A stretch of DNA of 10,928 bases, taken from NCBI GenBank assembly GCA_039208735.1, contig JBCCQY010000232.1, forward strand, positions 1 through 10,928, in the 5' to 3' direction. Under the pieces are notes generated by a model, which was not told where the DNA came from, searched no databases, and saw only the letters and a program-made list of their open reading frames with translations. This DNA comes from Myxococcota bacterium. GTDB lineage: Bacteria; Myxococcota_A; UBA796; GCA-2862545. Made by a program: the position numbers and the translations under genes. Shown here piece after piece: positions 1 to 6,651 of this stretch (within the stretch, counting starts at the first letter, position 1; each line of letters opens with the position of its first letter).

Positions 1-6
1 GGTTGC

Positions 7-1026
7 ATGTCGTTCGATCCCGCCGTGGCGGTCTCTTCCCACCACGGGCCGGAACTCGTTGCGGCACTCGACGCGGTCAAAAAGGCTGCTCGGGTGTGTG
101 AGGCCGTTCAACACAGGCTCGTTGCTGGGTCGACGCTCGAGAAGGGCGACAAGTCGCCCGTGACGGTGGCGGACTTTGGGGCCCAGGCGATCGTAAGCCA
201 TCTGTTATCGAGGTCATTCCCTCATATTCCGCTCATTGGTGAGGAGGACGCGGCCGCCCTTCGAGACCCGGCGGGTGCGGATCTCAAAGCCAAGGTGGTA
301 GCGGCGGTTCGGGAGGTATTGCCAGACCTTTCCGAGACCGAAATCCTCGATGCGATCGATCGAGGCACGCATGAGGGCGGTCCATCGGGCACCTTCTTCA
401 CCCTCGATCCCATTGATGGAACCAAGGGTTTTCTTCGCCAACAGCAGTACGCGGTGGCGCTCGCGCTCGTAGTCGACGGACAAGTGACGCTCGGCGTGTT
501 GGGATGCCCCAACCTGCCGGTCGACGACGCCGATCCAGCCAAGGGCCGCGGCGTGGTCGCCTGGGCGGTGCGCGGCGAGGGGGCTCGTGTCAGTCCGCTC
601 GGTGCTACGGCGGTCGATCCCTTGTTCGTCACGGAAATCGCCGATGCGGCCCAGGCTCGATTCTGTGAGTCGGTCGAGTCCGGCCACAGCGATCAATCCA
701 CGTCGGCGAAGATCGCGTCGCGGCTCGGCATCACCGCCGAGCCCTACCGCATTGACAGCCAGTGCAAATACCTGGCCGTGGCCCGCGGCGACGCGTCGAT
801 CTACCTCCGGCTGCCCACCCGAGCGGACTACGTCGAAAAGATCTGGGACCATGCAGCCGGGCAGTGCATCGTGGTCGAGGCCGGAGGACGGGTCACCGAC
901 GTGGAGGGCAAGGATCTCGACTTTGGACAGGGCCGTCGCCTCGAGCGCAACCGGGGCGTCATCGTGACCAACGGAAAGCTTCATGAGCCGGTGCTTGCCG
1001 CGGTCCAGGCCGAGATGGGTCCCTGA
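7..1026 (+). CDS. 3'(2'),5'-bisphosphate nucleotidase (PAP phosphatase), HAL2/SAL1 type, inositol monophosphatase superfamily
   Basis: 339 aa with KGDKSPVTVADF, IGEED, LDPIDGTKGF, GVLGCPNLP, IDSQCKY and EKIWDHAAG. These match the metal-binding motifs of the IMPase superfamily and the HAL2/SAL1 subfamily signature. The upstream region is outside the window, so the start is not verified by an RBS. Confidence 0.93.
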   Translation: MSFDPAVAVSSHHGPELVAALDAVKKAARVCEAVQHRLVAGSTLEKGDKSPVTVADFGAQAIVSHLLSRSFPHIPLIGEEDAAALRDPAGADLKAKVVAAVREVLPDLSETEILDAIDRGTHEGGPSGTFFTLDPIDGTKGFLRQQQYAVALALVVDGQVTLGVLGCPNLPVDDADPAKGRGVVAWAVRGEGARVSPLGATAVDPLFVTEIADAAQARFCESVESGHSDQSTSAKIASRLGITAEPYRIDSQCKYLAVARGDASIYLRLPTRADYVEKIWDHAAGQCIVVEAGGRVTDVEGKDLDFGQGRRLERNRGVIVTNGKLHEPVLAAVQAEMGP

Positions 1027-1054
1027 GCAAACGTGTCGTGAAATGTCACTGACT

Positions 1055-1080
1055 TGAACGGACGAGCCGCCACTCCGTCT
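1055..1080 (+). promoter_or_regulatory. Putative ECF sigma-factor promoter (TGAAC-N16-CGTCT) for the 1110 gene
   Basis: GAAC at 1056-1059 and CGTCT at 1076-1080 with a 16-nt spacer match the generic ECF -35 AAC / -10 CGT pattern. GGAG at 1101-1104 precedes ATG 1110. Confidence 0.45.
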
Positions 1081-1109
1081 CCTTTGGCCCAACCGAAGAC
1101 GGAGATCGG

Positions 1110-1583
1110 ATGTTCTCGCTGCTTGCCTTGTCCCTGTTCTCGAGCCCTGCGGCGGCCCATCATGGCCGTGCGCTCATCGACATCGACAATGACCTGCGGG
1201 CGCCGGTTTCGGTGTGGGTCGACGGGGTGTCGGTCGGGACCGTAGCGCCATTCCAGCGCGTGGCGTTCTCGGTGCGTCCGGGCGCCCGTGACATCGAAAT
1301 CGTGCAGGCGCATCGCAACTGCTTGCTCACGGCGGATTACGTCCACCTTCCTCCGGGTTCGGAAGTGAACTACGAACTCGACCGTGGCTGTGGTCCCCGC
1401 CCCGTCGCGTTTGTGGCGCGGGGGCCGCGAGGCGGTGGGGTGGCCGTCACGTGGACGCCCCAGACCTTTCGCATCGTTCGTCACCGGGGCCCGGTCCGTG
1501 GTCCGGTGGTGGTTCGTCGACCCTATGGCGCCGTTGCGCCGCGGCGCCGCACGGTCGTCGTGGGCGCTCGGCGGCGTTGGTAG
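1110..1583 (+). CDS. Secreted hypothetical protein: short signal peptide, PEGA/Ig-like beta-sandwich, Arg/Val/Gly-rich basic tail
   Basis: GGAG 5 nt upstream. MFSLLALSLFSSPAAA-H is an AxA signal peptide, followed by beta-strand pattern IDIDN..VSVWVDG..VGTV..GARDIEIV with two Cys. Converges on the next gene with a 6-bp gap. Confidence 0.75.
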   Translation: MFSLLALSLFSSPAAAHHGRALIDIDNDLRAPVSVWVDGVSVGTVAPFQRVAFSVRPGARDIEIVQAHRNCLLTADYVHLPPGSEVNYELDRGCGPRPVAFVARGPRGGGVAVTWTPQTFRIVRHRGPVRGPVVVRRPYGAVAPRRRTVVVGARRRW

Positions 1584-1589
1584 GCGAAC

Positions 1590-1964
1590 CTAGCCGCCGA
1601 GTGCGGCGAGAACCTGGTTGATCAGGTATTGGGCGCCTGCGCTGAAGAGCAGGTGCAGGCCCGTGATCACGAGCGCGTGACCAAAGTCGAACCGGAGCCG
1701 ACGCTTCACTACGAGGGTGGCGAAGAGGACGGCCAGACCCAAGCCAAGTCCGGTGGCGAGCCAGCCGCCGACGAAGAACTTCATCACTGCGCCCACCGAA
1801 TATGCCCACGCCACCGACGTGAACTTGTACGTCACAAGCGCGAAGAGACCCGTACCGAGCGCCCGCCCGAAACGGGGCGCCGGATCGCCCGTGAGAGCCA
1901 CAGCGGTCTGCATGAGCCAGCCCTGAAGCAAGGCGATGGCCACGAGGGCAACGAGGGTGAACAT
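1590..1964 (-). CDS. Hypothetical integral membrane protein (about 4 TM helices, 124 aa)
   Basis: ATG at 1964 has GGAGG (cctcc 1971-1975) 6 nt upstream, so it is preferred over the ORF-track start at 2048. Four hydrophobic segments follow. Confidence 0.8.
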   Translation of the reverse strand: MFTLVALVAIALLQGWLMQTAVALTGDPAPRFGRALGTGLFALVTYKFTSVAWAYSVGAVMKFFVGGWLATGLGLGLAVLFATLVVKRRLRFDFGHALVITGLHLLFSAGAQYLINQVLAALGG

Positions 1965-2160
1965 GTTCGACCTCCATGAGAGATGGCGGTCCAACACTTC
2001 GGGACCGACCGACACACCTTCACAACGTAGCCGAAGTGAGGCCGCCAACCCAAGTCCGAAAAGGACCGTCCTGCCCTTTGACCAAGTTTGACACCGGGCC
2101 CTCGGCCACGACGAGGTCGTTGCGAATCCCGAATCCTGCCCGCTTCGTTAGACTGCGGCG

Positions 2161-2499
2161 ATGATTCGTCCCGCGACGCTCCGCACCCCACGTCCTCTCG
2201 CAGCCCTCGGCCTTGGCCTATTGCTGTGGTCGGTGCTCGCATGTAGTGGCGCAAGCGGCTTTTTCGGCCCCAAGTTCGACAACACACCGGCATGCCGGCA
2301 GTTCGTTGACACGTACAACCACCTCGAGTGCGTGCCGGAGAACCAGCGTCTCGGCGACGACGTGTGCCCAGATTGGCTGGATCGGTCTGGGTGCGACCTC
2401 ACCGAAACCTACTCGTGCTTGTTGCAAAGCGCCGTTTGTCGCGACGGGGTGCCGCATGTGGCATCCCGAGCTGAGTGCGGCGATGCGGCTTGCGATTAA
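2161..2499 (+). CDS. Small Cys-rich putative lipoprotein
   Basis: Basic N-region, hydrophobic LAALGLGLLLWSVLA and lipobox VLA-C (Cys28), plus eight further Cys in the mature part. Ends 13 bp before the next gene. Confidence 0.78.
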   Translation: MIRPATLRTPRPLAALGLGLLLWSVLACSGASGFFGPKFDNTPACRQFVDTYNHLECVPENQRLGDDVCPDWLDRSGCDLTETYSCLLQSAVCRDGVPHVASRAECGDAACD

Positions 2500-2512
2500 G
2501 CCTGGAGGAAGC

Positions 2513-2947
2513 ATGATCGCTTGGATGTTGCTCGCGTGCGGGATGGCCCCCACCGAAGCGCCGGTCTCTTACGACGTATTTGGGGCGCCCTTTGCTGTGC
2601 AGACGGCGGTCCCCGCCGCAACGGTGCTCGCCGATCCCGATGCCCACGACGGAGGGCCCGTTCGGATGACCGGCGAGTTGACCCAAGTGTGCCAGAAGGC
2701 CGGCTGCTGGGCGGTTGTGCAAGACGACGCAGGCCATGCCATTCGCATTACGATGAAGGACCACGCGTTCGGTATCGCCAAGGACAGCGTGGGCAGGGCA
2801 TGCGACGTCGAGGGCCAGCTCGTTTCGAAGCCGGTCGAAAAAAAGACCCTCGACCACTACGCCAGTGAAGGCGGTGGGACCCACCCCGAAGCGGGGCAGG
2901 AAAAGGCGTGGCAGCTCGTCGCTACCACGGTGGCGGTGGCCAAGTAG
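2513..2947 (+). CDS. DUF4920-like putative lipoprotein (144 aa)
   Basis: GGAGGA at 2504-2509 before ATG 2513. N-terminus MIAWMLLA-C. FG-x-x-F, GELTQVCQKAGCW, ITMKDHAF, VEG and HYASEGG resemble the DUF4920 family from memory. The ORF-track start at 2213 overlaps the upstream gene and is unlikely. Confidence 0.8.
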   Translation: MIAWMLLACGMAPTEAPVSYDVFGAPFAVQTAVPAATVLADPDAHDGGPVRMTGELTQVCQKAGCWAVVQDDAGHAIRITMKDHAFGIAKDSVGRACDVEGQLVSKPVEKKTLDHYASEGGGTHPEAGQEKAWQLVATTVAVAK

Positions 2948-2954
2948 CGGTGTG

Positions 2955-3758
2955 CTACTTGGCGGGGGTGGTGTCGAGCAACACGACCGTCGAGGTGACG
3001 GGAAGGTTGACGGTACCCACCAGCTCGCCCTTCTCGACGGTGAGGGTTCCCGCGTCGAGCCACGTGCTCGTGATGTAGTCGCCCACGATGACCGAAAGCG
3101 TCGAGCCGTCCTTCAGGCCGTAGTCGTTCGCAAACGTCATCGGGATGTCGACGAGGGCGTGGTGATCGAAGGGATCGAGGAACCACTGCGCCACGACGGT
3201 GCCCTCTTCACCGTCGACGGGAACCCACTGGTCTTCCGTGAGACGGACGCCCGCAACTTCCTTCGCATCTGGCACGAAGGTGGGGGGCTTGAGGTCGCCG
3301 GCGGCGAGTTCGATGGTGAGTCCGGTTCCCACCGCCAACGGGGCCGCCGTGCCGGGTAGGGTTACGGCCGCGTCGAGCGACGGCATCACGAAATCGACCT
3401 CACGGATCGTCTCGGTCTCGAAGATCACGGGCGCAAAGGCCGTAGCAAGGCGCGACGTATCGCCCACCGGGGCGATCACCTCAAGGGAGTGCCAGTCGAC
3501 GGCCACCTTGGTGAAGCCGAATTCCCCGTTGTCGTCCGCCGTGGCGAAGCGACACTCGGGTCCACGGCAGAAGCGAACATCAGCTCCCGATACAGCGGCG
3601 CCATTCGCATCGACGACCGAAACCTCAAGCGAGGCCGAAAGGTCCTCGCTGGGGCCAGGGTCCGGGTTGTCTGTCTCCTCCATGGGCATGCCGGTTTCTT
3701 CCGGTTCAACCATGTCGCCGGTACAACCGATGAGCGCGACCCATCCAATCCAACGCAT
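2955..3758 (-). CDS. Putative lipoprotein with carboxypeptidase-regulatory-like (transthyretin/CnaB-type) beta-sandwich and a second C-terminal beta domain
   Basis: GGAGG (cctcc 3766-3770) 7 nt upstream. Lipobox LIG-C (Cys12) and an acidic linker are followed by VSVVDANGAAVSGADV...ATADDNGEFGF, typical of CarboxypepD_reg-like domains. Confidence 0.82.
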   Translation of the reverse strand: MRWIGWVALIGCTGDMVEPEETGMPMEETDNPDPGPSEDLSASLEVSVVDANGAAVSGADVRFCRGPECRFATADDNGEFGFTKVAVDWHSLEVIAPVGDTSRLATAFAPVIFETETIREVDFVMPSLDAAVTLPGTAAPLAVGTGLTIELAAGDLKPPTFVPDAKEVAGVRLTEDQWVPVDGEEGTVVAQWFLDPFDHHALVDIPMTFANDYGLKDGSTLSVIVGDYITSTWLDAGTLTVEKGELVGTVNLPVTSTVVLLDTTPAK

Positions 3759-3850
3759 GAGCGATCCTCCAGGTCTCCCGTTCTACCCTGTCGGTTGGCC
3801 GACCCACAACAAGCCGATGTCGGACCAGGCCCTCAGGGCTCTGTGAAGGT

Positions 3851-4567
3851 ATGGTGCTGGGCGTGATCGTTCCCATCCCTGTCATGGATCTGTGGTTTCC
3901 TCATCCGTCGAATGCTGACCCCAACGGTCTTCTCGGCGTAGGAGGAGATTTGTCACCCGAGCGGCTCGAACTCGCGTACCGGATGGGGATTTTCCCCTGG
4001 TATTCGGATCCGCAGCCGATCCTTTGGTGGTCACCAAATCCGCGAATGGTGCTTCCCACTCATGAACTCCGGGTACCCCGCAGCTTGGCCAAACGCATTC
4101 GGCAGCAGCGCTTTGAGATCAAGTTCGACACGGCCTTTTCCGAGGTGGTCAGGCGATGTGGGATCACGCCTCGCCCCGGTCAGGAGAGCACGTGGATCAC
4201 CGACGAAATGCACGCTGGCTACGTCGGGCTCTTTGAGCGGGGTCTTGCGCACTCCATCGAGGCCTGGGCGGACGGAAGTTTGGTGGGGGGGCTGTACGGT
4301 GTCGCGGTAGGCCGCTTGTTTGCCGGCGAATCGATGTTTGCGGATCGCCCCGACGCCTCGAAGGTCGCCTTTGTTCATCTCGTCCGGCAGCTCATTCGCT
4401 GGGGGTTTCCGCTCGTTGACTGCCAGGTGTATACCCAGCATCTCGAGCGATTTGGCGCTCGCGAGGTTTCACGTCAGGAATACCTGACGCAGATCGCGCG
4501 TCTGGTTGACGAGGAGGGTCGTCCGGGCCCATGGACCTTCGACCCGGACTTCGAGTGTCGAGGATGA
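3851..4567 (+). CDS. aat: Leucyl/phenylalanyl-tRNA--protein transferase
   Basis: GLLGVGGDLSPERLELAYRMGIFPW, WWSPNPR, TWIT, AHSIEAW, LVGGLYGV, FAGESMF, DASKVA and LVDCQ are all diagnostic. The true start could be ATG 3851, GTG 3863 or ATG 3884. Confidence 0.97.
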   Translation: MVLGVIVPIPVMDLWFPHPSNADPNGLLGVGGDLSPERLELAYRMGIFPWYSDPQPILWWSPNPRMVLPTHELRVPRSLAKRIRQQRFEIKFDTAFSEVVRRCGITPRPGQESTWITDEMHAGYVGLFERGLAHSIEAWADGSLVGGLYGVAVGRLFAGESMFADRPDASKVAFVHLVRQLIRWGFPLVDCQVYTQHLERFGAREVSRQEYLTQIARLVDEEGRPGPWTFDPDFECRG

Positions 4568-4622
4568 TCGAGGACCGGGTTACCTCGCCGTGTCCGCGGT
4601 CGGGGCCTTACCCGGCTCGATC
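4566..4622 (+). terminator. Long imperfect GC-rich stem-loop directly after the aat stop (possible terminator or mRNA stabiliser, no U-tract)
   Basis: Pairings read by eye: gatcgag 4566-4572 with ctcgatc 4616-4622; ccgggt 4575-4580 with acccgg 4610-4615; cctcg 4583-4587 with cgggg 4601-4605; ccgt 4588-4591 with gcgg 4596-4599. Confidence 0.35.
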
Positions 4623-4698
4623 CGAGAGACAATCGAGGCTCTACGAGCGACTGTGAGAAAACGGTACACTGAGCTGCGTTCAGGGGAGCACGGGTCGG

Positions 4699-6651
4699 AT
4701 GACTGAGCAGGAACTCGACGCCTTCCTTGCCAAGGTAAGGCGCGCTCGACTGGTCGATTACCTCGATCCGCTTGGCGAGACCGCCCAGAATGCCTTCGAG
4801 CGGCGCCTTTCGTGGGCTCGGGTCACCCAGCATGACCCCGCTTATGCGGACGAAGCGAGGTTTTTGCTCGATCATACCGAAGCGCTCCGCGATGTGTTGC
4901 GCGAAGAACTCGTGCAGGACGACTGGGTCGAAGATGCGTCAGCGGGAAGCGAATTCACCGGGGGCCAGCCTGTCGCCCGGAGAAATCTGCTCACCGAACG
5001 TGAACGCGTCACCACCGTGTTTGGGACCGAAGATCTCTCGGAGGAACCCGAGAGCACGCAAGACTACCTCGAACCTGCCATTCACGACCCCGACGATGAA
5101 CCTACTCGGGTCGGCGAGGACCACGCAGAACCCGCCCGTCGGGTGGCCGCTCCTTCCGAATCCCTGGTGTCGTTCGATGAGGATCCGGATGACGTGCTCA
5201 CGACGGTCGGGCCCTTGGCCGCTCGTGAGGTCGAGGAGCTGGATGACGGTGAGGTCGATCCATTCGATGCGCCCACGACGGTAGGGGCGCCGGTCGTGCG
5301 GCCTCGACCCAGCCCTCCCCCTCCTCCGCCCCCCGCTGGGGACGACCTTTCCGAGTACGTCGAGATCGACGTGTTGGAAGAGAGTGCGGCGGAGCAGACG
5401 ATGCCGCCGGAGCTGACCCACGCTCGCGCTGTCATCGAGATGGAAGACACCATTGGTCATCCGACGAGCCTCGAAGCGCTGTCGGAAGCACCGACCGGTC
5501 CGTCCGTCGACTTTGAATCGACCGCCGACTTGCCGACCGCAGCCCCCAACGCGTCGTTGGGTGGGCCGCCATTGAGTCGTGCGCCGGCCTCGGAGCCCGG
5601 CCCCCCGCCCGCCATGCGCCGGACCCCGATCGGGGCTCGTCCATCCCTCTCCGGTCGACTGCCGGACCTCAGCCAGCCTTCACCGTCCTCGCGGGGCCTT
5701 TGGGTAGGCGTCGCGATCGCGATGCTCGGGGTTGGGTTTGTGTCGATCGTCGCCGGGGTCTTGGCGGTGCTCTTGTTCCGCACGGGTGACCCAGATGAAT
5801 CGCTCACCATCGAGAAGGTCGGAGAGCCTGAGACCCTCGCTGCGGCAGAGGCCGAAGAGGCAGCGATGGAACCGGAGCCGGAGCCCGAGCCGGAGCGGCT
5901 CGTGATCGAGCCCGAGCCCCCGCCCGCGACCCCCCCCACCCCCCAAACCGAGCCCGAGCCCGCACCTCCTGAGCCCGAGCCCGAGCCGGTGCAAACGGCC
6001 GAGCCCGAGCCCGAGCCAGAACCTGAACCTGTGACACCGCCGGAACCCGAACCGGAGCCAGCGCCGGAGCCGGAGCCGGAGCCGGAGCCTGTGGCGGCCG
6101 CTGAGCCCGAGCCGCCTGAAGAGCCCCAAGGCAAGCCTTCTGCCGATCTGGCGCTCGTGGAAGCCCTGGGCGTGGAGGAGGATGCCGTTGCGGCGGCGCC
6201 CGAGCCCTCCCCGGAGCCCTCCGACGAGGGAACGCCAGGGTTGTTCCCTCCGCCGTCCGAGGCGGCAGGCACGCCGGATCCAGGCACTGCGGTGGCAAGC
6301 AATGCGCCATCCGTGACGCCAGACCCTGACCCGGTCGAGCCGACGACCGCTCCCACACCTCCGCCGCCTGCGATCGATGTGACGGGACTCTGGATCGGTG
6401 CGGGCGACAACCGAAGCTTCAAGCTCACGATTCGTTCCCAAGATGGCGAGTCGTTCAGTGGGCTGGTCGAGCTTCAAACCGAAGATGGAAGCTGGACCCA
6501 GCGCCCGGTCACGGGCAAGGTCGATGGGGCCACGATGTCGTTCTCAGGCGGGTCACTCGCCTTCCGAGGCACCGTCAATCGCAACCGGGCCAGCGGCACC
6601 TACACCACGGAAGGGGGCGGAGGGGCGAAGACCTGGTCGGTCATTCGCTAG
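4699..6651 (+). CDS. Hypothetical bitopic membrane protein: N-terminal helical domain, acidic/Pro linker, one TM helix, Glu-Pro spacer, C-terminal beta-barrel-like domain
   Basis: GGGGAG at 4683-4688 and TACACT at 4665-4670 upstream. The TM segment [28 protein letters not shown] lies at 5695-5778 and the last 92 aa (6373-6648) are all-beta. The stop shares CTAG 6648-6651 with the convergent gene. Confidence 0.88.
   Translation: MTEQELDAFLAKVRRARLVDYLDPLGETAQNAFERRLSWARVTQHDPAYADEARFLLDHTEALRDVLREELVQDDWVEDASAGSEFTGGQPVARRNLLTERERVTTVFGTEDLSEEPESTQDYLEPAIHDPDDEPTRVGEDHAEPARRVAAPSESLVSFDEDPDDVLTTVGPLAAREVEELDDGEVDPFDAPTTVGAPVVRPRPSPPPPPPPAGDDLSEYVEIDVLEESAAEQTMPPELTHARAVIEMEDTIGHPTSLEALSEAPTGPSVDFESTADLPTAAPNASLGGPPLSRAPASEPGPPPAMRRTPIGARPSLSGRLPDLSQPSPSSRGLWVGVAIAMLGVGFVSIVAGVLAVLLFRTGDPDESLTIEKVGEPETLAAAEAEEAAMEPEPEPEPERLVIEPEPPPATPPTPQTEPEPAPPEPEPEPVQTAEPEPEPEPEPVTPPEPEPEPAPEPEPEPEPVAAAEPEPPEEPQGKPSADLALVEALGVEEDAVAAAPEPSPEPSDEGTPGLFPPPSEAAGTPDPGTAVASNAPSVTPDPDPVEPTTAPTPPPPAIDVTGLWIGAGDNRSFKLTIRSQDGESFSGLVELQTEDGSWTQRPVTGKVDGATMSFSGGSLAFRGTVNRNRASGTYTTEGGGGAKTWSVIR
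5869..6126 (+). repeat. Coding hexamer repeats GA(G/A)CC(C/G/T/A) encoding (Glu-Pro)n tracts
   Basis: Runs such as gagcccgagcccgagcca and ccggagccggagccggagccggag translate to several EPEPEP tracts separated by short spacers. Confidence 0.9.

Noticed and set aside
1038..1049. CRP/FNR site
   Set aside because: GTGA-N4-TCAC has the wrong spacer for CRP (TGTGA-N6-TCACA) and the wrong half-sites for FNR (TTGAT-N4-ATCAA).
214..1092. 292-aa minus-strand ORF
   Set aside because: Antisense shadow of the nucleotidase gene. Long stop-free antisense frames are expected in high-GC coding DNA and it has no motifs.
2088..2116. Sigma70 promoter from perfect TTGACA at 2088-2093
   Set aside because: No -10-like hexamer at 16-18 nt spacing.
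2213..2512. 100-aa N-terminal extension of the DUF4920-like ORF
   Set aside because: It overlaps the Cys-rich lipoprotein gene in another frame. The RBS and lipobox point to ATG 2513.
3790..3840. Short hairpins in the divergent lipoprotein/aat intergenic region (gtcgg-ttgg-ccgac, gccct-c-agggc)
   Set aside because: Stems of 4-5 bp are expected by chance at this GC content.
4565..4673. UGA followed directly by a hairpin, suggesting selenocysteine or read-through in aat
   Set aside because: aat is already complete at the UGA, the read-through peptide is a short featureless extension, and the hairpin includes the stop rather than sitting at SECIS spacing.
5869..6126. Repeat region as a CRISPR array or non-coding VNTR
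   Set aside because: The unit is a 6-nt in-frame codon pair with synonymous third-position variation, and there is no repeat-spacer structure.
5457..6477. Long minus-strand ORFs with (GS)n, (RL)n and (AR)n repeats
   Set aside because: They are reverse-complement translations of the (Glu-Pro)n hexamer repeats, not independent genes.
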